A stretch of DNA of 64,000 nt from Marsupella aquatica. Taxonomy: Eukaryota; Plantae; Marchantiophyta. Shown here piece after piece: positions 11,796 to 24,127 of this stretch (positions are counted from its first letter, which is position 1; every line of letters starts with the position of its first letter). The notes below the pieces were generated by a model. It made no database searches and was not told the origin of the DNA. It saw only the letters and a program-made list of their open reading frames with translations. Made by a program: the position numbers and the translations under genes. The stretch lies in the NCBI GenBank assembly GCA_973895155.1, contig OZ316894.1, positions 22,477,867 through 22,541,866 on the forward strand, in the 5' to 3' direction.

Positions 11796-12591
11796 CTCCT
11801 CCCCTTAGACCCCACACCTAATTGGCAGATCAAAATTCTGCTCTCGATACTGGATCAATTATCTACAATCAGAGGCAGCTTCTCGTCAATAAATCCTGTG
11901 GGATAGAACTTTAATTAATTTCGACACTCCAGTTCCTCAATTACAACTCAGGCTTCCAGTGCATTAAAGGTCTTCCGTCTGTAAAATGCAGAAAAAATCA
12001 AGAAATGTCCGGAATTCTCCATCACTCCAACCCCCCTGGCCGCAGAGCACATCCTTCCCCTCTCTTGAATTCTGCTAACACACCTACTTGAAGACATTGA
12101 ATCATCCACCGGTCCAGGTGCAAGTGAAAACACTAGCGTTCCTTCCAATCCAAGTGAAAAGCAAACTGAGATTAAGAAATTCAATAGACAACAGAATGTA
12201 GCAATCAGGTGCAAATTTACGGCCACACTGCGGACTCTAAGCACACGAGTAGTGGTTATTGATTTCAAGAAGAGAATGGGTGTGACGTACAATATAACGG
12301 TTCAATACGAACCCATTGTTGATGCTCAGGCAGAACAAGATTGCCCAATCAGATGCAATTCTCAAGCGTCTGAATTGAATTGCAGCCACACTGCACTGAT
12401 GATTACAAAGATCGGTCACAAAATTTGCTCAACTCAATGCCCGTCGTGATTGTTCTCTTCGTAATTTTGGGTGCTTTTATGAAGAAGAATTCACATTCCA
12501 GATTCGTATTTGTGAACTTTTGAAACTTCTCCTCTACTTTTACTAAAAGCTGAAAAAATAAAACTAGTATTTGGGACCTTTGAAACTTCCC

Positions 12592-12807
12592 AGAGAAATA
12601 CTTGATGGACCCCCAAAAATGCAAAGTGTTACTTGATGGACCCATAAAAAAAATACTTGATGGACCCCAAAAATGCAAAGTGTTACTTGATGACCCATGA
12701 GTAATCCAGACAATTGATAGATCTCAAATCAATGTACCCAAAAGCTCATGGGATAGGGGACCATCAAGTAAGACATTTCAATTTAGGGGTCCATCAAGTA
12801 TATCTCT
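12592..12807. mobile_element. Small MITE (~215 bp) with TIR AGAGAWATACTTGATGGACCCC and internal repeats of TACTTGATGGACCC (Mutator-like, uncertain)
   Basis: Left agagaaatacttgatggacccc versus right ggggtccatcaagtatatctct, with 3-4 further subterminal tacttgatggaccc copies. The TSD is only degenerate. Confidence 0.7.
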
Positions 12808-13140
12808 CACACTTCTCTTGTACATTTACTAAAAGTTGAAAAAATAAAAACTCCCTTTTAAGTGTAGTAAGTCTTTGTTAGGAGTGCATTATGGACAATA
12901 ATAGCCCCTCAAAACTAGAGATGAAGCTCTCATGCTCTCATGTGCCAATCCATTATATCCCACAATGCCATTATATCCCACAATGCCATGTTGTAAGCAT
13001 AACTTTACTATAATTATAGCATGTTCATCTTGGAACATACTTGATGTTTTGTCTTGGAATGATATGTAAGTGGACAAAATATGAGGGTAGAACTAGAATA
13101 CATATTAAGTGTGAGTGTGATAAATAATATAAGTAGAGCA

Positions 13141-14320
13141 CATCTTATTTATAAATCTACAAGCTAGAGTTGGGGCCTAGGTTTCTAGAGTGAAGCCTTT
13201 AGAGAGTAACTCCATGGTTCATCATGTGTATGAGAAAACTCATGACTATGATCTATGTCAAATAATAGTCATGCATATTTTTTGTCATGATTTCTATTTA
13301 TATTAAATAATGAGCTCTATGGCCCCACCATAACATATGTGCATAGAAAAGAGTATGGTATGTTATATATGATTATTAAAATGATAACATGCATGATAGT
13401 TTTTTAATCATTTCATTAACTTTCAAAAAATTTGAATAGGAATATATTTTGGTGACATTTTCATTGTTCTCCCCACTATTCTAGTTCAAAGAATGGGTAG
13501 TTGGGGCTAGTGCAAAGAAAAGCACTTAGCCAGTGACTAATGAAAAGTACAATCAAGTTCTATGACACAAAAGGTGGACCTGCAAACCAACTGGCTTTGG
13601 TCAGTTGGCCAGAGGATGAGCCTAGAACCGAGAGGTCCCAGGTTCAATCCTCCCTCCACACATAAGGTGTGTGTGTGTGTGTGTGTGTGTGTAGTGGTGG
13701 GAGTATTGATTATCTCCCCTCAGCCTTGGTTGCCCACTTTGGGTTCTGGTTTAATCCTCTCTCCCTCCTGGTCTGCTCCGTGTCGGATCCCTGGGTATTG
13801 TCCCCTTGTGACTGCCCTACATAGAAATGCATGCTCCAAAGCAGGACGTCTATCCTCTGTTGGATGGGCCTGCTTTCAGTTTTCAAGGCAAAAAAAAGGT
13901 GGACCTGCACTTATTAATTCAATGTGCGGCCTTATTAATGACACTCAATTCAAGAAAAACCATAAACTTGGGAAAGAAAACCAAGAGGGAACTTAACACA
14001 CTATGTGTCCATGTTATTTATAATCATTTCTCTCACTCATGAGAATACTTAAAACCTTTGTTCAAGTGGTAGAAATTAAGCCATTGGTTTCACATTCTTG
14101 AAATCTAATAGAACAAAGTTTAAAAATTAAGAGGGCTGCCAAAATAAGTTCAAAATTCTCTAGGATACCAAAAATCAAAGGTTTCCAAAAATTAATGAAA
14201 ACATCTATATGATACAAAGGATGCCCGTTGGTAAGGCACATTGAACTCAAAATACATGACACAAAAAATCTGAATAAGACAAAATCTGAAAGGTGGATTC
14301 ACCATATAGCAGCTTCAAAA
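13141..14320. repeat. AT-rich dispersed repeat (degenerate transposon), blocks A (13141-13460) and B (13530-14320); homologous to 52740-54130 and to a short piece at ~34425-34490
   Basis: Shared strings include tagagttggggcctagg...ctagagtgaag...gtaactccatgg...aaaactcatgac, aatgaaaagtacaatcaa...tatgacacaa, gggctgccaaaataagttcaaaat and ctgaataagacaaaatct...aaaggtggattcaccatata. Confidence 0.85.
13585..13893 (+). mobile_element. tRNA-derived SINE (~310 bp) with 16-bp TSD and short A-tail
   Basis: Pol III A-box-like TGGTCAGTTGG at 13598-13608 and B-box GGTTCAATCC at 13641-13650, an internal (TG)n at ~13668-13692, an A-run at the 3' end, and the direct repeat AAAAGGTGGACCTGCA at 13569-13584 and 13894-13909. 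Confidence 0.88.
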
Positions 14321-15380
14321 TTATGACTATATATACTTCATGGCCATAGAGATTTTTCTCTTTATAATTTTGGTGCCTAATGGAAGAGATGCTCATCAGA
14401 GTCTCTCCAAAGGAAATTTTGAAAATTTTCCTCCCGACTTGTATCTTGCCAAAAAAATAATTAAAATCTCAATCTCCATCGATTTAATTAAATTTGTCTT
14501 GTAATGTGAAGAAAGGAGGAAGATAGCCAGAAATATGAGTCTTTTAACTCCTTGTTGCCAGCACACCATGGGCAATAATAAACCCTCAAAATTTGGGCTA
14601 CAGACAAGATGCTACTATATGCTCAAACCACTTCAGACATTTTCTCTTTCTATTTGCTGGATACATTAAACTACAGAATCATAGAGGCATGTGTTATGAG
14701 CATTTCATAACACACAGACCAGGCTGATGAGTTATGAAGGCTCCTGGTGAGACAAAAAGGTAACATTGTCTATAGCAAACAATTCCAAAATCTATATTGC
14801 ATAAAAGCATGAGGAAACCACTAATTGAAACTAAAATGGACTAATATGTCATGGTTACACTCTTTGACACTGCAGTCAGCCAAATGTGAATATGGGGGAG
14901 TTTGCATAGACTTGACCTTTCTCTTTTGCCTTACATTGTGTCAGATTAAATCTACACCATTGGATTAGGCTTTTTGCACAAACAGCAGCACAAAATGGGT
15001 TGTTGGAGACTATCAATCCTAGTTGGCTTTCAATATGCCCTTATTTCTGTTGGTGACATGTTGATGTGTCATAGTTGAGATTTATGGTTTACGTAGACAT
15101 CAACTCCACATCTATGAAAAATATTTCCAACTCTTTGATGTGTTTACAGACTATCAACAGTTGAATATTAAGCCCGGATGGACCAAGGGGTTTGTTGTGC
15201 AGCCCTGATGGGTTTCCAAAGCTGGGCTCGACTGACATAGCCCATCAAAGAATACTCAATGAACACTCTTTACAGTTTTAAGTGAATGTGATTTGTAAAT
15301 GGGCTCCTAACCATTTGCAGCTGGTTTTCATTAGTTTACAGCTGATTTTCATTAGTTTACGCAATGGTGAGTTGTTGTTT

Positions 15381-15625
15381 GATCATGCACAAACTACTTA
15401 AGGCTCACTTCACAAAAGTGAATAGTCCTTCCTCAATGTGGTAAGTTGTTGCTTCCTGTGCTGCTCATGCGCATACTACTCAAGGCGTCCTTCACAAAAT
15501 TGAAGCATCCTTCCCTCAAGTGACAAGTCATTGCTCATGCCCAAACCTACAAGAGGATCTTCCCAAAAGTGAAATGTCCTTCCCAAAGTGGTAGTTGGCT
15601 GTTCATGCCCAAATTACTGGGGGCA
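15381..15625. repeat. Degenerate tandem repeat, ~70-bp unit x3.3
   Basis: Recurrent ctcatgc..aaactact....gg...cttc.caaaagtgaa..gtccttcc units start near 15381, 15462, 15532 and 15600. Confidence 0.7.
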
Positions 15626-16545
15626 TTCTTCAGTGGGTAGTTGGTTACGGACCCCACTAGAGGTTCCTTCCAAAATTCCTGGCACCACAGCGTGCCACGT
15701 CAACAACAACCGTAACAAACAAGACTCTTCAATTTTGTGAATCAAATTTATAGTTTTCATTCGTGTTTGTGTCAATTTGGGTGTAAATTTGGGACGTCGT
15801 GCCGTAAAAAGAAAAGTAAAAACATTGGAAATACAAAGAGCAAGACGGTTAAAACTGTCACTATGTAACCGTTTTAGTTACATTTTCAATTTTAAAACTT
15901 AAATTCAAAGATTTATAAAAAGTATTTTTCATATAATAAATAATGACTAATAACTAACTTGATAACTTCCTTGTTAAACCGCAACTCTCGGTATGTAAGG
16001 ACCTCTCGTATTGTATGGCCATTAATGCTAGGAAGAGCACATAGAAACCCAGGATCGGGGAGGAGGAGTGGCTGGAATCTTGAAAGTTTATCGAATTTTA
16101 TACTCATTTTAAACTATTTACTCATTTTCAAAACTAAAAACACCCAGTCGTAGATCTCATTGAGATATTTCTTTTGCACCCTAGATCGCCTTCTAACATG
16201 AATGAATAAGATTTCTAGAGGCATTACAAAATGGACGGCAAAGATCGTAAAATCAACAAAATCGATGGCTAGGAAGGTTTGGATTTGTTTAATTTTTCAT
16301 TTGAAAAATATTAACCTATTTGCAAAACGGACAGAGCCCATCCATAGATCTATTTGAGATCTTTCTTTTGAGCCATAGATTGGCCATTATGATGGACGGA
16401 CGAGATTTCCGAAGATAAGAAATGGAGACGGCTCAGATCAACTCTTCCCCCTGATATTATTAGCCAAGGGGTCCACTAACTAATTTATAATATTTGACCA
16501 TTTTTGAACTCATTGACAATGGAGCAAATGTTTCGTTATGTTTTC

Positions 16546-16705
16546 TACCTTAACTTATCACCATAGCAGGGGTGGATTCAGTCCCAGTAGTATGGGATTT
16601 CATAACTATAATGACCAGGCTCTGTTATGTCGTTTACCTTAACTTATCACCACAGGAGGGGGGGACGTCTTTTACCTTAACTTATCAGCACAGGAGGGGT
16701 GGACG
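16546..16705. repeat. Three spaced copies of TACCTTAACTTATCA(C/G)CA(T/C)AG(C/G)AGGGG(T/G)GGA
   Basis: Copies start near 16546, 16635 and 16672. Confidence 0.8.
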
Positions 16706-18264
16706 AAAACCGTACACAGCTGTAACCTGAACTCTGACTAGACTAGACAGAGATTACGGTCCCGGGAGGACAAAAACCGGGCCGTTGGGGAAATTGAGAC
16801 CCCCTATATTACGGAGGTCTGTGTTACTAGTCCAGCCCTGACGGCCTTATCCCGTGACCCTGCTTGGCGGGACAGAAAAATGGCTCCCGTCATTCGGCTC
16901 GCCCATGCCCGTTCCGAGGCTGTCACGGACGTCCCCGAACCTAAGGCGAGCTTTTGGTACAAGGGGCAAGACTCCGTCTGTCTCCGCCCAGTACCTTCCC
17001 ACACGGACCGAAGTGAGCGGTCATAAGTGCGTCACAAGTACTGTACCTTATGATTCCCTCGACGGTAGAGGCGTAGATCCCGTATTATACAGGATCCTCA
17101 GGGACACCGTACGATATTGTCGTAATATACTAAACCGTACTGTATCCTGTCGAAAGTATACAGTACTAGGGAATTGTCCCACGACGCTCTTGAGTCCTGA
17201 GCGATGGTTTCCGAAGGAGGAAGACTCGAACCAAATCGAATTGCAATCTCCTTGTTATCGTTTCATGTCCACAACTTGTGACTGCTTTCGCGGTGCGCTC
17301 GAGCACGCGAGCAATGGCGGCCACCTTGCTTTTTGCAATCCTCCCCGAATCCTGACCCGCAGGGAATCGCAATGTTGTACTCCGTGCAATCATGAGGTTC
17401 TCTCTTCTCACCGTCTTTCTGGTGCTCTGATCGAGAACAGCGGCAAGCGGTCGTAACGATAGGGCGGGGCCCGCAAGCGGGTGTGCTGTCTTTGGGCTTT
17501 TCTCCGTCACGTTGCGCAGAGCAGAATTGACCGATTGGGATTTGTTTCTACTTTCACTGCAAGTTTATTTTGTAGAGAAGTTTTATTTTATTTACAAGAC
17601 CACTTGCTTCGAGGAGAGGAGAGGAGAGGAGGATCTAAATTAGTAGCTGGTGATGTGAGGCGGGGAGAAGATCTCAGTGAACGAGCATCTTCGTTCGAGG
17701 ATTTGGTTCCACCGGGTGAGTTCGTTGAGCACTAGGGATTGTATCGTTGTTCTGCGGCCTGCTACAGAAGACCATTCGTCCCATTTTCTTCGCACTGAAT
17801 TGGTCTAACCCCAGGCGTGATTCCCGTGCTGAAACTGCTGGGGCGTTCGTCATCTTGCTGCCTGCGGAAGTGCGGATGCTGCTGAGCCACCTTGGTCGAT
17901 TGGCCAACTCCTTTCGAAGCGCTGATTGTACGGCGTACCGCCTCCGTTGAGGCCCAGCAATGCTGCTTTCGACGATCACGTCGGCAAGATGATGTAATCG
18001 ATTTGAGAACAAGGGCAGAGCAGGCTGGGCTTGTTTCGATTGCATCGGAGCTAGGGATTTTATTTACTCGTGATTGTGGTTGCGGGTTATTGTTTGTTTA
18101 TTGTTTTAGGCTTAGAGTCGAGGTCTACAATAGGAGTTGGTGATGACAGAGTTAAATCTGCCAGGCAGGGCTTGACGAGGCATAATCTACAGCATCAGCG
18201 AGCAGGACATAAAGAAACTCTGTGGGTGTCTCGTCCTCTCGTTGGGGATCAGCTACAGGACAGG

Positions 18265-19083
18265 ATGGCTCCGCATACAATGGAAATGACCGTGATGGCC
18301 GCTGAGGACCTAAAGAATGTTGCCACGTTTGGGAAGATGGATGTATACGCCGTCGTCTGGGTCGACCCATTCGCGAAGCGAACCACCAGAATCCTGCACA
18401 AGGGTGGGAAGAACCCCGTATGGAACGAGTGGATCACTCTGTCTCTGGACACCGTCCGCCACTGTCCCAATGCGCACCTGACTGTACAAATCTTCAGCGA
18501 ATCGTCGATGGGGGACAAGGTGGTTGGAACGGGCAGGCTTCCCGTCCACGAGATATACAGGATTAATCCACCCGACGAAGACGAGCCCGCGTTGGTTACT
18601 CTACAGCTGCAACGGCCATCGGGAAGGACTCAGGGAATCATCAGCCTTTCTCTGCGGGTGACTGGAGTTCATTCTCTTCTTGCTTTACCTTCTGCACCGC
18701 CTGCTGCAGGACAATTGAGCATTTTCGACGACAAGAGTGATCACGAGCCTGTGATGGGAATTCCTGTGCCGCCATATTCCGGGGCTCCTTACTATACGCC
18801 TGGTGTGGGAACTACTTCCACTGGCTACCCATCTCTCACAGCGATGGAGACTCGAGATATCGGCAGTGGTTCTGAAATGATACCTTATGCATATCCTCCC
18901 ACTACTCAGTATCAAGGGTATCCTAACTACTATCCATCCCAAAGCGGCATGACGTATCCGGTTTCAGGTCCATATTCATATGTACAGCCTCCTCGGTCGC
19001 AAAATCGGAGTAACGGAAGTTTGCTGCTGGGCCTGCTTGGGGGTGCTATTGGTGGGCTCATTCTTGGGGACATCATATCGTAA
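18265..19083 (+). CDS. C2-domain (SRC2-like) calcium/lipid-binding protein with a Pro/Tyr-rich tail, 272 aa; single coding exon, probable 5'UTR intron 17716-18109
   Basis: MEMTVMAAEDLKNVATFGKMDVYAVVWVDP...TRILHKGGKNPVWNE...LTVQIFSE...GDKVVGTGRLPV...QLQRPSGRTQGII is a C2_SRC2-like domain. A YP-rich linker and the C-terminal LLLGLLGGAIGGLILGDIIS are typical of SRC2. Confidence 0.92.
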   Translation: MAPHTMEMTVMAAEDLKNVATFGKMDVYAVVWVDPFAKRTTRILHKGGKNPVWNEWITLSLDTVRHCPNAHLTVQIFSESSMGDKVVGTGRLPVHEIYRINPPDEDEPALVTLQLQRPSGRTQGIISLSLRVTGVHSLLALPSAPPAAGQLSIFDDKSDHEPVMGIPVPPYSGAPYYTPGVGTTSTGYPSLTAMETRDIGSGSEMIPYAYPPTTQYQGYPNYYPSQSGMTYPVSGPYSYVQPPRSQNRSNGSLLLGLLGGAIGGLILGDIIS

Positions 19084-21233
19084 GACGAATCCCGCTTGAT
19101 TTGATCCTCGTGTCACCCATGGGTTGGGGGAAATTGGCAACAAGCGTAGAATTGTTCGCTACCCGAGGTCACGAGGCACCACGAAGTTTAATCTATCCTC
19201 TACAGCAGCAACTGTAAAAAAATGCCACTTCTATGAGCTTGCTGGAGAGTTTTGATGTGTGTACTAATAAGATTTGGACCGTCATGGGTTGGGGGTTGTA
19301 ACGACATACCCCGAAACACGTTTGCATTTGCGATTGGAATCGTCCTGTTTAGAGACTTGAGTAGATTGATGATAGGAAGTAATAATGTTCCAGACGCAGA
19401 CCTTCGGTGAGGCAAATTACTTAAAAAGTGAAATTTGCATTGAATTTCTTTTTCTCTTTTCGGAGACTGTATTTTTAAATCTAAGAGGGCAGCTGGAATG
19501 AACGTTCTTTTCCGGAGAGTATTTCACGAATGAGTTCGCCCCTTGAGACGCTATGGTTACGCAGTGCCCGCACTTTAGGCCGGTTGTGTCTGCAAGTTTC
19601 TTCCGTGGGGCATCGTAATTAGTGTTTTAGTGCAACTTGACGATGACGAGAAAGCTTGGCAGACGCCGTGACAAAATTTTCAGAAAATTTTCAGAAGCTT
19701 CTTTGTTATAATTTCTCCTGCCCACTTTCTTTTATCGTGGCAAGAAGCCCGTGATCACCCCTTGTCTTTTACGTTGCCCTTGTTTCACACTCCAGAATCT
19801 GTCGAGTCGTGGGAGATGACGAATTCAAGAGCTCTCTCTGGACTGATTCAGTGATGTTAGCATCACCAGAAACTAGAGGATAATTAGGTTTGCATTGTTA
19901 CAGTCGCTCTGGCGTGTGCGTGTTTGCTGTCTGCTCTCTGCTGGGAGTAATCCAGTCGAACTCTTGTTGCTCCGGCGTGTAGATGAAACCGCGAAGTGGC
20001 TGTGTAGCCTGTGGACACTGGTATCCTCGATCCACTTCTATGTGCACCTCGTCAGTGAAGCCCTCATGTGAGGAAAACTCTGATACCTGCTGCCCAAAAT
20101 CTGGACAGTTGCAGTGGAGCATCGGTAGACCTTTCCCACACCGAGGAGTTTCATCCGAGGCTCAGTGTTTTCGTGCACAGCTCATTATAGGGGCAGATGT
20201 TTAGCTTCAGCTAATCTGTACGCTTCCATTCCAAATCCATGTCCATCATATCAATTCTGTTGCAGTTCTTGTTTCGATTCACTGTTTTTGGGGGTTGTTT
20301 GATTTAGTCCAAGACGGTTATACGAGAACCGTTGGCACCATCCCCTACACTCTCGCGATGGTAAGCTTTCTAATCAGCTGTGCGAAATCCTCGGACAGGA
20401 AGGGTCTTGGTACTCCAGTCCTTATAGAATGGGTACCTAGGCTGTTTTACCATCATGGGTTGAGAGAAACCTAATACTTCTGGGCATTCATATGTATCTT
20501 TCGTGTTCATGTCAGGTGTTGGAACTCTTTCATCTGCAGCACCAGATAGATATCAAACTAGATCCACATTAGCAGTCTGGTGTGACGGATCATGAACAGA
20601 GGAGTAGATTTAATTCGAAAACACGTTTTAATGATCGAAAACAATCAAATTGCAATTCAGAGGGGTCTTGTCAATTCCCCGATGCCTTGCATCTGACATT
20701 GTGATCTAATCCTGCCAATATCAGTCAGACTCGATGTGCCAGGCGAGACGAAGTTGGAATCCAATGTTCTGTACTTGTTATTGGGAACATTAGCATTCAC
20801 ATGGACGGTACTCGTTGATCAAAGAAGGTACTGATGATTCTAAGTTGGATTTTTGGTGGGCGGCTAACAAACTATCCTGTGTGAACAGCTTGGGACCTAG
20901 CCTTACCAAGCCCTATGTGCCATGCCATAAAGCTGAAAGTACGAGCAGCAACATGTCAACCAAAGAACAACCAAATTCACAAGTCTATTATTTTCCATTT
21001 CAAGAAATACACCAATTGGTGCTGAGATGCAAATTATATAGATAAAGCCGTTCAGTTTCGCCTTTCCGTTCCTATAAGCTACCTTACTGTCAGCAGTGCG
21101 TTTTGAGGTTGCACACGTTGTGATGATGAAAGTCCAACTCTTTGCATTTACGATGACTGCCCGCATGCCTAGGCTTGGTCGCGTCAGGGAATGAATAAGT
21201 TTCTTCATCTGTTACTACGGAGAGCTTGTGAAC

Positions 21234-24127
21234 TCATTTTTTGGGAGGATATGACCGAGGGCCAAAGATTGTCGAGCCGACACGTACGTTTGTGCTACCC
21301 ATTTGTATCTGTCAGCAGCAGCAGAAAACAAATCAAAAAGCAAATCAGTTCCGAAGGAGCACCATTACTGTTGTCACAGCTGCAGAATGTCACCCCCAAC
21401 AGAGACCAACCACGCCGATCTCTCACCGGCGCAGCCAATGTAGTAGTTTCAATGATTAAATGAACTTGATTTTGAGTCCACGTATCCCAAAATATTAATT
21501 TAATAATAACAATGACGAAGTCTATTCCTAACAGACAAAAGAAATAGATTTTGCTGATAGTCAACCAAAACTTTTAAACTAATTCAGAAATACCATTGAC
21601 CTATCCATTCCTGAGTCGGATTTTGACAAATTTCTAGTTAACGGGAGGATAACTACATTCTAAACTGCTCGACCCCAGTTATACATAGAAGAATATCGTC
21701 AATACAAAATGTTCCTTACCGCTAGTTCGAAGTCACCAGACATGCCCATTGACAGCTCACACTGGTCTGGAGACAAGTCAAGCTCCTTGCAAACGTCATC
21801 TCGACAGGTTGCCAAGGTCTGAAGAATCCAATTCCAAACCCAGTGCGTGAGTGCCTCGCTCTAGCCCGAAAAATACTAGATTGAGGAGGATTTCTCCGTT
21901 AGACTATACTCTTGCCGGGGAAGGCCATCTAAACCATAAAATGCCCAAAAAACAGCAAAAAAAAACTAGGGGATAAATGAGAAAGTAACGAACACTGAAG
22001 TTCAGAGGTGTTGATGTGTAGTCAGCCATGCCAATGGTCATCAGCCCTGAAAATATCAAATTGGGACACTCCATTTTGACATGCCGCGCAAGCTCTAGAC
22101 ACTTTGATGGCTCAAGACCAAACTTTGCTGCAAAGAAGAGGAAGGTAAAATTTATGGTACAGAAACTCTTGCTGTACAGAGACCAAACTATCATGCTCTT
22201 GAAGGCTCCTCATTCGACAACTTTCAGAAAAATTCAAGCATTCGCAGGACATGATTCTGAATGAAATTCCAGAAAAGACTGGTCACTTTTAGTCCATCAA
22301 TGATCCCGTGCAACAGCTAACAGTTCTGATAGCGGAATGCCTTCCCCTCAGTGCAAACAGAGAATATTTATGTCCCACAAGATCCTCATAACTAATGACT
22401 TCTGGAACATTCAAACCTGGACTGAGACGAAGACTCACACTCTTCTCCACTCGTGTTCACTTGTACGAGCACTTTCAACGGAGATCTGCCCAATCCAGCC
22501 ACGGCTTTATCCAAGTTGTTTGCTACCTACACAAACCTTTGTCAGCTTCTCCCAGGACAAGACGAAAAATTATCATTTTGTTGGCACTTTCAAATCATTC
22601 TTGGACAACAGATCTCACCATAGCTTTCACAATACTCTGGAAGGCAATTCTCTGTTTCACTTACCTTGGTGCTATCAACACCCTCAACCATGTACAGATT
22701 TGGCACGCCAGCTGGAATTGATTTGCATGAAGGGAAAACAACACTGAACAATATTAGCAAGAAGTTGTCGTTGGTGGGTCCCAAGACTGACTATATTCGA
22801 TTGGCAGACTTCATATGAGATGAGCAGGTTAATGTCAACCAGGTCCTACTCACAAGGTAAACATCAGACAAAGCAGACAGCAGTCCAGAAAGCATTTGCG
22901 AAATTAAAGGCAAATCTTTCTCCTCGGGATTAGTCTCTTGAACCCTCAAAAGAACCTTTAAGAAATCCAGGTTGCCAATGCAAGTTACTCACCAACAAGA
23001 CCCTTGGCTTTGTTGCTTTGGAGATGACCTATAAAATGCCACCGAATGTCGTCTGGAAGCTGTGGCCCAAATCCACCATGACCACCTGTTATCAGAACTT
23101 TCTCTTAGATGTCCTCAAACGAAGAAAGGGGAAAACAGAAGACTAATACACCAATCGCCATATGCCTCAGCCTAACATGCCGCTCCCCGGATCGCTATCA
23201 AAGTTTGATAATTCAACTAGAACCACAGCTTTGCAAAGTAATCTTCTGACAAGGTGGTTTGTTAAAGTGGATGGATTGGGTTTTCTTAGAAAAAAGCCTT
23301 GAAGACCAAATTAGAATTTACTTTTGGCTGCCATTAGTGGTACTCTAAACCCATGCCCAGCTCTTCCAGGAATCTATGGCCGTAAGGTTGTGCGGAGAAG
23401 ACCAAGGGCTATGCCGTGAAGAATTCACTTATCATCCAGGAAATCCAAGATTCATTTGCGTGCGGGTTGAGACAGGCGAAAGTGAGCGACACGGTAATCC
23501 TACCTGTGGAGCCTTCTCACTGATTTCCTGGACATAATTCTCTCCAAAATGGCGATGCCCAGCATCATAAACGTCCTTAAGCAGAGACACCGGCTTCGTT
23601 TTGCTAACGGCAACCACCCTTATCTGCAACAAATTCCCGGAAACACACATCTCCCCCCTGGGCAATCAGGCTACAATTTCGAAGATCTTTTCCACACGAG
23701 TCAATAGGTTCGCGCAAAAACACTAACGCAATCGCTGTCAACAATGCACAATTCGCTCTTTCCTTGGTACTGCTGGAGTCTGTAAGGGAGTTGATCAAGG
23801 ACAAGCTGAGCATCAACTTGTTTAAGCGGTAACGTCTCAAGAGAAGAGATTGTCGAAGCATCCCAGCACAATAATTGAGCTTTGGCAACCCAATTCAATA
23901 CTTTAGTTTACAGTAATCAACAAATTCGGCAGTCGGAGATTACAGAAGCCACGACCTGACGGATGAGGGTGCTGAAATTGGCGCAGTCAGTCCGACAGGA
24001 GGGGAGGGGCCAAGCAAGGGCAAACCTGTGAAACTGGACGAGAAGCGCTCTCGGCAGCTAGTTGCACGCGCTGAAACACACTTCGAAGCGCATTAGCGGC
24101 AACACTTTCCGCTGCTGAGGCTGCCAT
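21234..24127 (-). CDS. PLPBP: Pyridoxal phosphate homeostasis protein (YggS/PROSC family), 243 aa; exons 24127-24026, 23623-23504, 23059-22993, 22711-22665, 22526-22439, 22127-21994, 21818-21720, 21308-21234
   Basis: Motifs VVAVSKTKP (PLP lysine), [51 protein letters not shown] and [15 protein letters not shown]. Eight GT-AG exons total 732 nt in frame. Confidence 0.97.

Noticed and set aside
13590-13655. tRNA gene
   Set aside because: A and B boxes are present but there is no full cloverleaf or acceptor stem. The TSD and A-tail show it is a SINE head.
16854-17456. 200-aa ORF upstream of the C2 gene
   Set aside because: Non-ATG start, GC-rich promoter-like DNA and no recognisable motif.
19983-20204. 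Cys-rich 73-aa ORF as a metallothionein or defensin-like peptide
   Set aside because: No signal peptide, and the Cys spacing matches no family I recognise. Cannot be supported without expression data.
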